Source: a virus (taxonomy: Duplodnaviria > Caudoviricetes). From it: a stretch of 36,753 bases of DNA. Positions 1 to 9,230 of the stretch are shown piece by piece. The notes beneath the pieces are model-generated. The model did not search any database and was not told the DNA's origin. It saw nothing but the letters and a program-made list of their open reading frames with translations. The first letter of the stretch is position 1, and the number at the start of each line of letters is the position of its first letter. The translations under genes were made by a program, and so were the position numbers. The stretch covers positions 1 through 36,753 of IMG/VR virus record IMGVR_UViG_3300012940_000057. One strand, given 5' to 3'.

Positions 1-1539
1 AATATTATTGTTGTTTTTGAAGGAAGTCGTTTGTTTCGTGATACTGATGAAAGTACACCAAGTTATACGTTCTTTGAAGAAAACGATATATTTGTAATTA
101 GTGTTAGTGATAATAAATTAAATACATTTATTGGAGGAAGTGACAAAACTCTAAGAAAAGTAAAAGAAGTTCTTGATGAAGCAGAAAGTGATACGAAAAG
201 TGCAAGGATGACTGCTTCAAAAGATCTAGGAAGAGAAGATGGCAGGTTTACTGGTGGACAATTACCATATGGTTTTACATGGGATAAAGTAAACAAAAAA
301 ATAATTGAAATTGAAGATCAAATAGAAGTTTACAAAATGATTTTTCATAAATATTTATATGAAGATAAAGGTGCTGTTGTAATTGCAAGAGAATTAAATG
401 AAATGCAAATTCCTTTTGTTGATAATCATCATGGGAAAAGAATTTCAAAATGGAATGATCAGAATGTCAGAAATCTTTTAATTAATCCTATCCTAACTGG
501 TCGGATTCAATATAAAAAATATATAGAAATTTTTGATGAAGAAAAAGGAAGGATTATTAAAAAAAGAAGAGATATTTTAGATGAACAATACATTAAAAAA
601 CATAAAGATTTAAAAGAACATATTTCATATGAAATGTGGAGAAAAGTTGTTGAAAAATTAGCATCAAGAAATAACAAAAAAATAAAAAGAAGCTTTTCAC
701 CTAGAACGTATATTCTTACCGGCTATGTGAAATGTCCTCATTGTTCCGAGATTATGAAAGGTCAAAACAAAGGAGGAAAAGACAAAAATGGTGAACCTAG
801 AATTTACTATATTTGTTCAAACAATTTATGTACTGGTTATCCTAAATCTTTTCCTAAAAATTTACTTGAAAAAGAAGTTATTCGTCAAATAAAAGAATAT
901 CTTTATCTTGATGAAAATGATATTGAAAACATAAAAAAAGAAATACAAACATTCATTGAAAGTGAATCAGTCCAAACAATAGAAGCTGGTAATATTGAAA
1001 AGGAAATTTCGAATATTCAGAAGAGTTTGGATAGCTTAGAAAACCAAATGGATGAATCTGTAAAAAATGGTACTCCAATGAATTTAACAACATATTTAGA
1101 ACTAAAAGAAAAATATACCAATATGATTGCAGAAAAACAAAAAGAATTATTTTCCTTAAATAATCAAAACAAAAATCGGGAAAATGCGAAAAATAATTTC
1201 GATCAAGCATTGGAAGCGATTGAATCATTATACAATTTTTGTGATAATTATACAGAAGAGAATCAACCTTTGTATAGAAAAATTATCCAACTTTTAGTTA
1301 AAGAAGTAGTAAAAAAAGATGGGAGAATTACTGTAGTATTTAATGAAGAATTAAATGAAGATGGTATTATTGGATTAGAAGAATTTATGAATGATGAACT
1401 TTTTGAATCGTTCAAAGAAATATCGGCAACTATCGAAAATTTTGGTACACATACAACACCCATACATGGGGTTATGATGTATACACCAGTGGTCTACCAA
1501 CATGTTTTTTACATCTTAAATAACCTTGTCAAAATATAA
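1..1539 (+). CDS. Large serine recombinase/integrase, 5'-truncated by the window edge
   Basis: Frame is open from base 1 (NIIVVFEGSRLFRD, the S-R-L-x-R motif). Recombinase domain G-G-x-x-PYG...L.NP.LTG, zinc ribbon LTGYVKCPHC...YYIC...C, then a coiled coil. Confidence 0.9.
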   Translation, partial: NIIVVFEGSRLFRDTDESTPSYTFFEENDIFVISVSDNKLNTFIGGSDKTLRKVKEVLDEAESDTKSARMTASKDLGREDGRFTGGQLPYGFTWDKVNKKIIEIEDQIEVYKMIFHKYLYEDKGAVVIARELNEMQIPFVDNHHGKRISKWNDQNVRNLLINPILTGRIQYKKYIEIFDEEKGRIIKKRRDILDEQYIKKHKDLKEHISYEMWRKVVEKLASRNNKKIKRSFSPRTYILTGYVKCPHCSEIMKGQNKGGKDKNGEPRIYYICSNNLCTGYPKSFPKNLLEKEVIRQIKEYLYLDENDIENIKKEIQTFIESESVQTIEAGNIEKEISNIQKSLDSLENQMDESVKNGTPMNLTTYLELKEKYTNMIAEKQKELFSLNNQNKNRENAKNNFDQALEAIESLYNFCDNYTEENQPLYRKIIQLLVKEVVKKDGRITVVFNEELNEDGIIGLEEFMNDELFESFKEISATIENFGTHTTPIHGVMMYTPVVYQHVFYILNNLVKI

Positions 1540-1547
1540 TAAATTTC

Positions 1548-1577
1548 AAATAGGCTTGATTTTAAGCCTATTTTTTT
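1548..1577 (+). terminator. Intrinsic terminator after recombinase 1
   Basis: Stem AAATAGGCTT/AAGCCTATTT followed by a T run. Confidence 0.8.
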
Positions 1578-1612
1578 ATATTCTTTATTTAGTGGTATCA
1601 TACTATGTATGG

Positions 1613-1642
1613 TTGCCGAATCGCTCATACAATGTTTATAAT
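1613..1642 (+). promoter_or_regulatory. Putative sigma-A promoter for recombinase 2
   Basis: TTGCCG-18 bp-TATAAT upstream of RBS AAAGGAG. Confidence 0.45.
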
Positions 1643-1694
1643 TTACTTTTATTGGCAATATTGTAAAATACATCATGAAAAGGAGTAAATAAAT

Positions 1695-2564
1695 ATGTTA
1701 AATGTAGTAATTGTCGTAAACAAAAATTCTTTTAATGAATCTTCTCTAAATAATAATGAAAACAATATTGTTTTTCAATTAATGAAAAGTGCTATACAAA
1801 ATAATTACAATGTCGTAGCATCAATTATTCCAAATAAAAAACTTGCTGTTAATGAAATAATTCCGTATATTTATGCAAATACCCAAGAAAAGTTTGACGG
1901 TCTTTATTTTGTAAATAAATCAAATATTGCTTCTACTAATGATGATGTTAGTCGTTTTGTTTTTTTAGCTGATAATATGAACATACAAATTATTACAGAA
2001 AAAGAAGGAAATTTGAGTGAGGAATTTAATTCAAACAAGAAAGCAATACTTGAAAAACAAGCTGAAAAAAGAGCATCAACTTCTTTTGAAACAAAAATTA
2101 AAATAAACAATCAAGGTTTTTATACAGGTGGGAAAACACCTTTCGGTTACAATGTTACTCTTGAAGGTCGATTTGAAATAAATGAAGATGAAGCAATTAT
2201 TATTAAAGAAATATTTGAACTATACAAAAGAGGATTAAGAGCAGTTAATATTTCACGCTACATTGGTGATATTTATAAACTTAAATATAAAGGTGATAAC
2301 AGCTATTGGAAATCAGATAGAATTTTTGGATACTTGTCTAACCCTATCTATAATGGCTATCCTACTACAAATAGAACCACTAAAAATGAAAAAGGCAATA
2401 CAGTTAATTTACCTAGATGTGAATGGAAAATTTCGCCTGTGGCTTTTGAGGAATATAAAATTATTGATGACGAAACATTCAAAGCAGTACAAGAAAGATT
2501 ATGGAAAGAAGATAAGGATAGACCATTAGACTACCGTTTAGAATGGGAAGAAAAAATTAGTTAA
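1695..2564 (+). CDS. Serine-recombinase-family protein with degenerate catalytic domain and no zinc ribbon
   Basis: GFYTGGKTPFGY...EAIIIKEIFELY...LSNPIYNG...IIDDETFKAVQ recombinase domain. The N-terminus lacks YxRxS and SRLxR. RBS AAAGGAG. Confidence 0.8.
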   Translation: MLNVVIVVNKNSFNESSLNNNENNIVFQLMKSAIQNNYNVVASIIPNKKLAVNEIIPYIYANTQEKFDGLYFVNKSNIASTNDDVSRFVFLADNMNIQIITEKEGNLSEEFNSNKKAILEKQAEKRASTSFETKIKINNQGFYTGGKTPFGYNVTLEGRFEINEDEAIIIKEIFELYKRGLRAVNISRYIGDIYKLKYKGDNSYWKSDRIFGYLSNPIYNGYPTTNRTTKNEKGNTVNLPRCEWKISPVAFEEYKIIDDETFKAVQERLWKEDKDRPLDYRLEWEEKIS

Positions 2565-2592
2565 ATTTTTATTTAATCATATTCGATAAGTT

Positions 2593-2831
2593 GTGAGTTG
2601 TTCCTGCTGTGGCTATCAAAATAAAGACGTTAAAAATCTTGGATTACGTGAATGGGAGTGTCCGAGGTGCCATGCCCATCATGACCGAGATATTAACGCA
2701 AGTTTAAACATAAAAAATGAAGCTATAAGACTTCTAACCGTAGGGGACTACGGGGATAGCCTAATCAATAACTAGCCGATAGGCTGGTGTTCTTAGGAAT
2801 CCACTATGGCTTTAGCCTAGTGGTAGTTCAA
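2593..2831 (+). mobile_element. tnpB: IS200/IS605-family remnant: tnpB 3' fragment plus right end
   Basis: CSCCG...[23 protein letters not shown] (zinc finger + RuvC-III), then hairpin GAATCCACTATGGCTTTAGCCTAGTGG and terminal TTCAA. Confidence 0.85.
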
Positions 2832-3034
2832 TTAATTTTGACATATCTAATATTGCAAAGACATTAATTAAACTATCTGAATTATACGATTGTTCTTTGG
2901 AAAAAACGTGGAAAGAGCATATGCATCCGACAATAACCGAACAAATATCTTTTGAAAAAGTCTATGATTATATACTTGAAAATGTTGCATTAGGTCTTTT
3001 AAATGATATTGAAAATGAAGAAAAGAGATCTTAA
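2831..3034 (+). pseudogene. Startless 3' gene remnant (67 codons) abutting the IS right end
   Basis: Open frame INFDISNIAKTLIKLSELYDCSLEKTWKEHMHPTITEQISFEKVYDYILENVALGLLNDIENEEKRS* begins at the IS end and is followed by a terminator. Confidence 0.5.
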
Positions 3035-3035
3035 T

Positions 3036-3071
3036 AAAAAAGGGGTAAGCTATAAGCTATTCCCCTTTTTT
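3036..3071. terminator. Bidirectional terminator between convergent units
   Basis: AAAAAAGGGG..AGC/GCT..CCCCTTTTTT hairpin with A and T tails. Confidence 0.7.
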
Positions 3072-3635
3072 CTTTGTATACTTTTGACAAACTTTATTTT
3101 CAATTTCTTCTCTTATAATCCCTTCGACACTATCGGTTAAAATAGAACATCTATTCTCACGATAATGTCTACATGATTGACAACGATTTAAAAATAGTTC
3201 ATATTCCGAATTTTCATCAAAGATACCTAACCAATCACAAATTGAATAAGTACATTCAATTCTAGGATTGTCATAGTCATAATACACTCTCTGAATCCTT
3301 GTCAGCACCTTTGAATCATTATGGTATACTACACCCTGTAAACTGTCGTTTAACAGCTTTAGAATGTTATCCGAGTCTCTATTCTTACGATTAAAATAAA
3401 CATCTATGTCTTGATATATATAGTGATTTTTTGTTATCTCTAAATTCCAGCTTTGATTTCTCATTTGAGATAACGCACTCACACGTATTTCCTTTTTATT
3501 TTTTCTGCCAGCTTCGGACAATATCTTTCTTCCGGTAGGCATATTTCTTCTATATTTTTTACTGTAAGCGTATTGTAATTGATATAAAGCATTAACAGAA
3601 ATGGGAAGAGGTAAGACAAGATGTAGCTTGCTCAT
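3057..3635 (-). CDS. rusA: RusA-family Holliday junction resolvase with C-terminal Cys cluster
   Basis: LPLPISVNALY and RDSDNILKLLNDSLQGVVYHNDSKV motifs. Confidence 0.85.
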   Translation of the reverse strand: MSKLHLVLPLPISVNALYQLQYAYSKKYRRNMPTGRKILSEAGRKNKKEIRVSALSQMRNQSWNLEITKNHYIYQDIDVYFNRKNRDSDNILKLLNDSLQGVVYHNDSKVLTRIQRVYYDYDNPRIECTYSICDWLGIFDENSEYELFLNRCQSCRHYRENRCSILTDSVEGIIREEIENKVCQKYTKKKGE

Positions 3636-3653
3636 TCAATCTTCTCCATTTCT

Positions 3654-3677
3654 TAAACAATATTTGGTTATTTGTTT
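3654..3677 (-). promoter_or_regulatory. Operator-like repeat, copy 1
   Basis: TAAACAATATTTGGTTATTTGTTT, 24/24 identical to 27133-27156. Confidence 0.7.
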
Positions 3678-3864
3678 AGTCGAAAGAAATATTTACCAAA
3701 AAGTCATCATCAGGATTTTCAGATTCTAAATAATCTGCTAACATTTCTTCCACTTCGCTAACTGGTCTAACTTTGCCTTGATAATAAAGTTCTCCTTGAT
3801 CTCTACAACCAGTTAAACAGATTAAAAATAATGCTGATAATCCTGTAATTATTAGTTTTCTCAT
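3676..3864 (-). CDS. Small lipoprotein
   Basis: Signal peptide MRKLIITGLSALFLICLTGC ending in a lipobox. Confidence 0.7.
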   Translation of the reverse strand: MRKLIITGLSALFLICLTGCRDQGELYYQGKVRPVSEVEEMLADYLESENPDDDFLVNISFD

Positions 3865-3868
3865 GTCC

Positions 3869-6800
3869 TCACCCCTTTCTTTCTTTGGTTGCTTTTTTAA
3901 GCTTCATTTCATTTTTCCATTTACTAAATGATTTCAATTTACTTACAATGAATTGCTCTCCACTTTTCTTTGCAAGCATGATAATGTTTTGTCCAGTTTG
4001 AATTAAATCTTGATGCTTTGAATACACATCATTGAAAGCTATTCCTTCATGAATTGCACCATTTGGTAGTAACAAATCAAAGTAAGCATACACTGTACCA
4101 TTCTTTGATTTCTTTCTATCCACTGAACTAATTGTACCTCCTAACAGCATTTTTTCAGCACCGTCAGGATATTCATTAAATTCTTTGAAATAATTTTTGT
4201 AATCGTCAAATGGATTTCCATTAAGGAACATACTTAATGTTTCAAACTCAAACATGTCAGGATCTTGCATATACTTTTCTTTGAATGTTTTAAGGCTTTT
4301 AGCTACTTTTATATCCTGCTCTTTGTCGAATTTCTGTTTTTTAAATTCATTGTACTTAGACAAACATGCTTCTTTGTTTTTAAATTCATCATCAGTTTTA
4401 ATCAAGCCATATTTGTACATTACCTTCTTAGTCGGTAATGTTTTTACAGGCTTGTATTCTTTGCGTTCTGCTGTTAATTCAGCATATTGTAAAAGTAATT
4501 GTTCCTTATGCTTTTTATTATTACCAAATGCCCCACTTTTAATTAAGGAAATTATTGTTGTTGTATTTAATTTACAACGATTGTAAAAGTCAAGGAAGGA
4601 TCTGAATTTCCCCTTCTTTCTTTCCTCTAAAATTATGTCAACTGCTTGCTCTCCTACTCCTTTAAGACTCATGAATCCAAATACAATTTCATTTTCTTTA
4701 TTTCCAATAATATATCCTTTTTCGGATCTATTAATGGATGGATTAACCACTTTTAAACCCATTCTTTTCGCTTCTGCAATGAATTTACTGGTGTCCTCAT
4801 ATATCCCTATGGCATTAATTAAAAGTGCTGTCATAAACTCTCTAGGGTAGTAATACTTTAAATATGCTGTGACATAGCTTAAAAGTGCATATGCAACTGC
4901 GTGTGACCGATTAAAAGAATAAGTTGATTGTGCTTCAATTAATTCCCACAGTTTGTTTATCTGTTCATCTTTCCACTTTCTTTTCTTTAATCCTTTTTTA
5001 AATTTCTTTTTTAAGCTTTGCATTACGTCAAGTTTCTTTTTGCCAATTGCTCTTCTTGCATTATCTCTTTCTTCTGCCGGAAAACCAGCTAATTTAAAAC
5101 ATGACAAAGCTTGCTCTTGATAAAGCATGATTCCTCTAGTCTTTTCAAATATTGGTTTTAGATCAGGATGTATATATTTTATATCCTCTGGATGATGTTT
5201 GTTATGAATAAACAGCTTATCCATACCCATTGATAGTAATGCAGGTCTGTTTAAGGCATTAATAGAAATAATATCCTCAATATGGTTCGGTTCAAGTTTT
5301 TTCAACAAATTCTGTGCAACATAAGATTCCATTTGAAATATTCCAACGGTATTTCCTTTGCCATAAATTTCTCTAAAAACATTTTGATCATTTAAATTTA
5401 GCTTATCAATATCAATGTCATTCCATGTCAAACCAGCAAATTTTAATGTATTATCAATAATATCCAATGTCGCAAGTCCGAGTAGATCAAGCTTAATCAA
5501 GCCTAAATCTTCACTCATATTATTCATTTCCACTTGCAACATTGGCTTGCCTTCTTTGGAAAGCATTAAAGGACATATATCTATAATTGGATGATCTGAT
5601 ATAGAAATAGCAGATGCATGTGTACCTAAACTCTTTGGTTTATTTTCCAATGCCCTAGTATATTCAAACAGTAAAGGAAACTTTTGTTCAAAACGTCTTA
5701 ATTCTCCACTCTCGTTTAACGCTTCATCAATATTCAAGCCATCAGGAATAAGCTTTGCTATCTTATCCCTTGTCTTATACGGAATGTCATATATTCTTTC
5801 TTCATTAAAGACTTTCCCCAAGTCTCTAATTGCTACTTTACTTGACAAGCTATTAAAAGTTGCAACGTGGGCAACTTTATCATGGTCAAATAAATCTTCG
5901 GTAATTACAATTGCTTCTCCCCTACGATATTTTGAAATATCTGTATCAACGTCAGGGGGAACAATTCTGCCTAAATTAGCGAATCGTGAAAAATCTAAAT
6001 CCCATTTAATCGAATCAATGTCTGTAACATAGAGAAGATAAAAGCAAATAGATCCGGCACAACTGCCCCTTGCATACCCTTTCGGTATCCCCTTTTCTTT
6101 CATCTTTCTAAGTAATTGATAATTCATAATATAATAATCAATGTATCCAAGCTTTTCCAAAACAGGCTTTTCTTCATTTATTCGATCACGATAGATTTTT
6201 TGAATTTCTACCGGTAATTTATCTATTCCTCTACTCTTCCATCCTTCTTCAAGTAGATATTCAAAATACTCCATATCTGTTTTAAAGCCTTTAGGAAGTC
6301 GTGTCTTAGGCATTTTACTTATCCCTAACTCTATCTCAACATTACACATATCAGCAATTCTACCAGTGTTTATTACAGCCTGATCTATATCTTCTTCACT
6401 TATTTGCTTTCTTAAAATTCCATACATTGTTTCCATGTCTTGCTGATAACAATCCTGATATGTAGTATCAACTTCCCTGTCCTGTGCAATCTTGATGAAT
6501 TTCCTATGTATGTCCATAGTCTTTTCATCACCAGCTAACATATGACTATCAAAGGTTATAATTGTTTTTGTATTCGTTTCTTTAGCAAGCTTTAGTATCC
6601 GTTGATTACCTATCATCTGATCATAAGTATCATGTGATTGAAGTTCGATATAAAAATCATCACCGAAAATATCTTTGTATATCTGAATTTCTTCTCTTGC
6701 CTTTTCCCATTGTGGTTCAAATTCGCTTTTGTATTCGCAGTTTAGATCATGCACATTGTTATTTTTAGCACAACAAGGACAAAAACCTTCTACCAATAAT

Positions 6801-7237
6801 CTCATGATCCGGCTTGCTAAACAGGAAGATGTACATATAATCCCTTCTGAATACTTAGCAAGTAATTTTCGATCAATTCTAGGCTTTTGATAAAAACCAT
6901 CAATATAACCTGTTGAAACTATCTTGTAAAGGTTTCTCAATCCAATATTATTTTTTGCTAATAAAAGTAGATGATACCTTTTTGCATCCGGCTCTTTGTA
7001 ATATAAATCATCTGTTTCATATACCTCACAGCCTATAATTCCTTTTATATCTTGCTTCTTACACTCTTTATAAAAATCAACATAAGCTGACATAGTACCA
7101 TGATCCGTTATAGCGACTCCACGAAAATTTAATTCCTTTGCTTGCTGTACTAATTGCTTTACCGTCAATGTGCTATCAAGTAAACTTCCCTTTTCGGTGT
7201 GATTATGCAAACTAGACATTTCATTTGCAGAAAGCAT
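3869..7237 (-). CDS. dnaE: DNA polymerase III alpha subunit (phage DnaE, SPbeta YorL-like)
   Basis: PHP motifs LHNHT, AITDHG, GCEVY, TFDSH; RGSCAGS; PDVDTD; KLDLLGL; YSFNRSHA; C-terminal OB fold. Confidence 0.97.
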   Translation of the reverse strand: MLSANEMSSLHNHTEKGSLLDSTLTVKQLVQQAKELNFRGVAITDHGTMSAYVDFYKECKKQDIKGIIGCEVYETDDLYYKEPDAKRYHLLLLAKNNIGLRNLYKIVSTGYIDGFYQKPRIDRKLLAKYSEGIICTSSCLASRIMRLLVEGFCPCCAKNNNVHDLNCEYKSEFEPQWEKAREEIQIYKDIFGDDFYIELQSHDTYDQMIGNQRILKLAKETNTKTIITFDSHMLAGDEKTMDIHRKFIKIAQDREVDTTYQDCYQQDMETMYGILRKQISEEDIDQAVINTGRIADMCNVEIELGISKMPKTRLPKGFKTDMEYFEYLLEEGWKSRGIDKLPVEIQKIYRDRINEEKPVLEKLGYIDYYIMNYQLLRKMKEKGIPKGYARGSCAGSICFYLLYVTDIDSIKWDLDFSRFANLGRIVPPDVDTDISKYRRGEAIVITEDLFDHDKVAHVATFNSLSSKVAIRDLGKVFNEERIYDIPYKTRDKIAKLIPDGLNIDEALNESGELRRFEQKFPLLFEYTRALENKPKSLGTHASAISISDHPIIDICPLMLSKEGKPMLQVEMNNMSEDLGLIKLDLLGLATLDIIDNTLKFAGLTWNDIDIDKLNLNDQNVFREIYGKGNTVGIFQMESYVAQNLLKKLEPNHIEDIISINALNRPALLSMGMDKLFIHNKHHPEDIKYIHPDLKPIFEKTRGIMLYQEQALSCFKLAGFPAEERDNARRAIGKKKLDVMQSLKKKFKKGLKKRKWKDEQINKLWELIEAQSTYSFNRSHAVAYALLSYVTAYLKYYYPREFMTALLINAIGIYEDTSKFIAEAKRMGLKVVNPSINRSEKGYIIGNKENEIVFGFMSLKGVGEQAVDIILEERKKGKFRSFLDFYNRCKLNTTTIISLIKSGAFGNNKKHKEQLLLQYAELTAERKEYKPVKTLPTKKVMYKYGLIKTDDEFKNKEACLSKYNEFKKQKFDKEQDIKVAKSLKTFKEKYMQDPDMFEFETLSMFLNGNPFDDYKNYFKEFNEYPDGAEKMLLGGTISSVDRKKSKNGTVYAYFDLLLPNGAIHEGIAFNDVYSKHQDLIQTGQNIIMLAKKSGEQFIVSKLKSFSKWKNEMKLKKATKERKG

Positions 7238-7288
7238 ATGATAACCTCCTTTGCAAATAACTTTCCCTTGTGGAGAAAATTAAATGCA

Positions 7289-7318
7289 AAAAAAGTGTTA
7301 GCAATGCTAACACTTTTT
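7289..7318 (-). terminator. Hairpin terminator upstream of dnaE
   Basis: AAAAAGTGTTAGCA-A-TGCTAACACTTTTT inverted repeat. Confidence 0.7.
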
Positions 7319-7329
7319 GTCATCACATT

Positions 7330-7706
7330 TTAATTATTGGAATAATAATCTTCTTTGTATTTCCATTTATAACCGCCAGCAGTTAATAATTTTCCCTTAC
7401 ATGCTGAACCAATACTAGAACCACTTATATTTAATTCAATACTAGCACTTTTTCTTTTCTACATCATATAATTGCATCATATGTTTGATTAGGAACTTCT
7501 TTCCCACAAATATCACATATTTTAGTCACTTTTACATTACTTCGTTCAGTTACATCTTCAATCTTTACTAATATTTTAGTACCTCTTTTTACAGCTAATC
7601 TTCCTTTATTATCTTTTCTTTTAGGAAATATATAGCCTTTACTTTCATAATATGGTCTTATTTGTGGATGAAAAGGTATCCATACTTCTTTTTCTTTTAT
7701 TGCCAT
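7330..7706 (-). pseudogene. Decayed homing-endonuclease-like gene (N-terminal CxxC region + C-terminal NUMOD1-like HTH)
   Basis: 80-aa ORF ending CDICGK...II-TGA. A shifted frame then reads SASIELNISGSSIGSACKGKLLTAGGYKWKY (NUMOD1-like). No nuclease domain lies between them. Confidence 0.65.
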
Positions 7707-7746
7707 TTTCTCACTCCTTGTAAATATTTTAAATTTTCTGTCACTA

Positions 7747-7790
7747 ATTGTAGCATCAAATCAAATTTATGTTAAGCATTATTTAGTTAT
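7747..7790 (-). promoter_or_regulatory. Sigma-A-like promoter with operator-like repeat abutting -35
   Basis: TTAACA(7775-7770)-17 bp-TACAAT(7752-7747) with extended TG. Motif variant TAAGCATTATTTAGTTAT at 7773-7790. Confidence 0.6.
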
Positions 7791-7827
7791 CAAATATTTT
7801 CAAATAAATGGAAAATAGACGTACAAA

Positions 7828-7851
7828 AAGACTAATCAAATGATTAGTCTT
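7828..7851 (-). terminator. Intrinsic terminator
   Basis: AAGACTAATCA/TGATTAGTCTT stem with a T tail on the - strand. Confidence 0.7.
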
Positions 7852-8080
7852 AATCGTATAAATCAATAATATTTTGGAATCTACATTCAACCATTGAATT
7901 GTAAAGCAAAATTGTTGTTACTACATATTTATTGTTTCCATCAAGTTTGCAAGGAAAAAATAAGTTTCCATTTTTGATGTATCTAAATAATTTAGTTTCT
8001 AATAATAATTCTCCTTGTTGTAGCAATTCTAAGCATTTTTCGCTTGCATTTTCCCAACTTATATTTGCACGTTGACACAA
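7850..8080 (-). CDS. Hypothetical protein, possibly RelE/DUF4258-like; start uncertain
   Basis: Frame stays open upstream through YIVSTHARKRLCQR. The C-terminus has VVTTI. Confidence 0.55.
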   Translation of the reverse strand: MCQRANISWENASEKCLELLQQGELLLETKLFRYIKNGNLFFPCKLDGNNKYVVTTILLYNSMVECRFQNIIDLYD

Positions 8081-8126
8081 TCTTTTCCTAGCGTGAGTAG
8101 AAACTATATATATACGCTTACCCTTG

Positions 8127-9230
8127 TTAAAGATACTCTCCTATCTTGTTGGACATTTGTTGCATAAATAATAGTCCTATATCGGCTTTAAAATCACTTT
8201 GAGTAGCAATAATCGCTCTAGTAGTATTAAATAACCCATGTTCTTCAATGATCTTAGCTAATGCTAATTTAGCTGGTTTTGATAATGCTCCTAATTCTTC
8301 TTGTAAATAAGAAGTCATTTGTATTATATCTTTATCATATTTCTTTAATAAATCTTCCTGATTCTTAGATAGTTCTTCTAAAGCAAAAATCTCTTCTATC
8401 TCACTTTGTTCTTCTTTATCTTCCTTGACAGATACAGCAGTAGTTTCCACAATTCTTTGTAGTAACTTATCTTTCAAAGATCCAAATTTTTCTCCGATTG
8501 TATTAACTGGTGGATTAGAAGGAATTTTAATAACTTCGTCAGTAGTTTCTGTACTTACTTCTTTTTTGCTTAAATGTAAATGCTTACTAGATACATTAAT
8601 TTTTTTAATATCTACATAACAAATTTTGACCTTATGCAAGACTTGACCAACTTCTAGATAATCTTTTACATCATTAATATAACCGTCTACTATCTCCGAG
8701 ATATGTAATAAAGCATTAAAACCTTTACCATCTAATATTTCTACAAAAGCACCATAACTTTGTATATTGGCAACTTTAACATCTACTAATTGATTTAATT
8801 TATAATAATCTTTGGGAGATGTAAAAATTTTATCTACTGGTTTTTCCGCAAATTTTTGTATATCTTCATCTACAGAATTAATTTTAAGCAAAGGATTCTT
8901 TGGTTCTTTTTCTTTTGTAATGGGAACTGCTTCTTTTATTTCTAGTTTAATACTATCTAAAGAAACAACTTTGTTTTCCTTTTTATCTTCATTTTCAGCA
9001 CTTTTTTTTACTAATACAGATACTCTATTTGGTTTAGCATTTACTTTGACTTCTTTGTAATATCTATTTTTTAAAGTTCCAAAAGGAACATTGTATTTCT
9101 CACTCAATTTTTCTAAAAAGGGCTTCAATTCTCCACGTTCAAAACCATCATTTTCCTCTTTCATAATTAACTCATTTACTGCAATATCAACTTCTTCTTT
9201 AGATAACCTTTCTTTTGTAATATTTGACAT
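8127..9230 (-). CDS. S1 RNA-binding domain protein with N-terminal HTH-like region
   Basis: S1 signature VKVANIQSYGAFVEI...ALLHISEIVDGYINDVKDYLEVGQ. RBS AGGAGG. Confidence 0.85.
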   Translation of the reverse strand: MSNITKERLSKEEVDIAVNELIMKEENDGFERGELKPFLEKLSEKYNVPFGTLKNRYYKEVKVNAKPNRVSVLVKKSAENEDKKENKVVSLDSIKLEIKEAVPITKEKEPKNPLLKINSVDEDIQKFAEKPVDKIFTSPKDYYKLNQLVDVKVANIQSYGAFVEILDGKGFNALLHISEIVDGYINDVKDYLEVGQVLHKVKICYVDIKKINVSSKHLHLSKKEVSTETTDEVIKIPSNPPVNTIGEKFGSLKDKLLQRIVETTAVSVKEDKEEQSEIEEIFALEELSKNQEDLLKKYDKDIIQMTSYLQEELGALSKPAKLALAKIIEEHGLFNTTRAIIATQSDFKADIGLLFMQQMSNKIGEYL

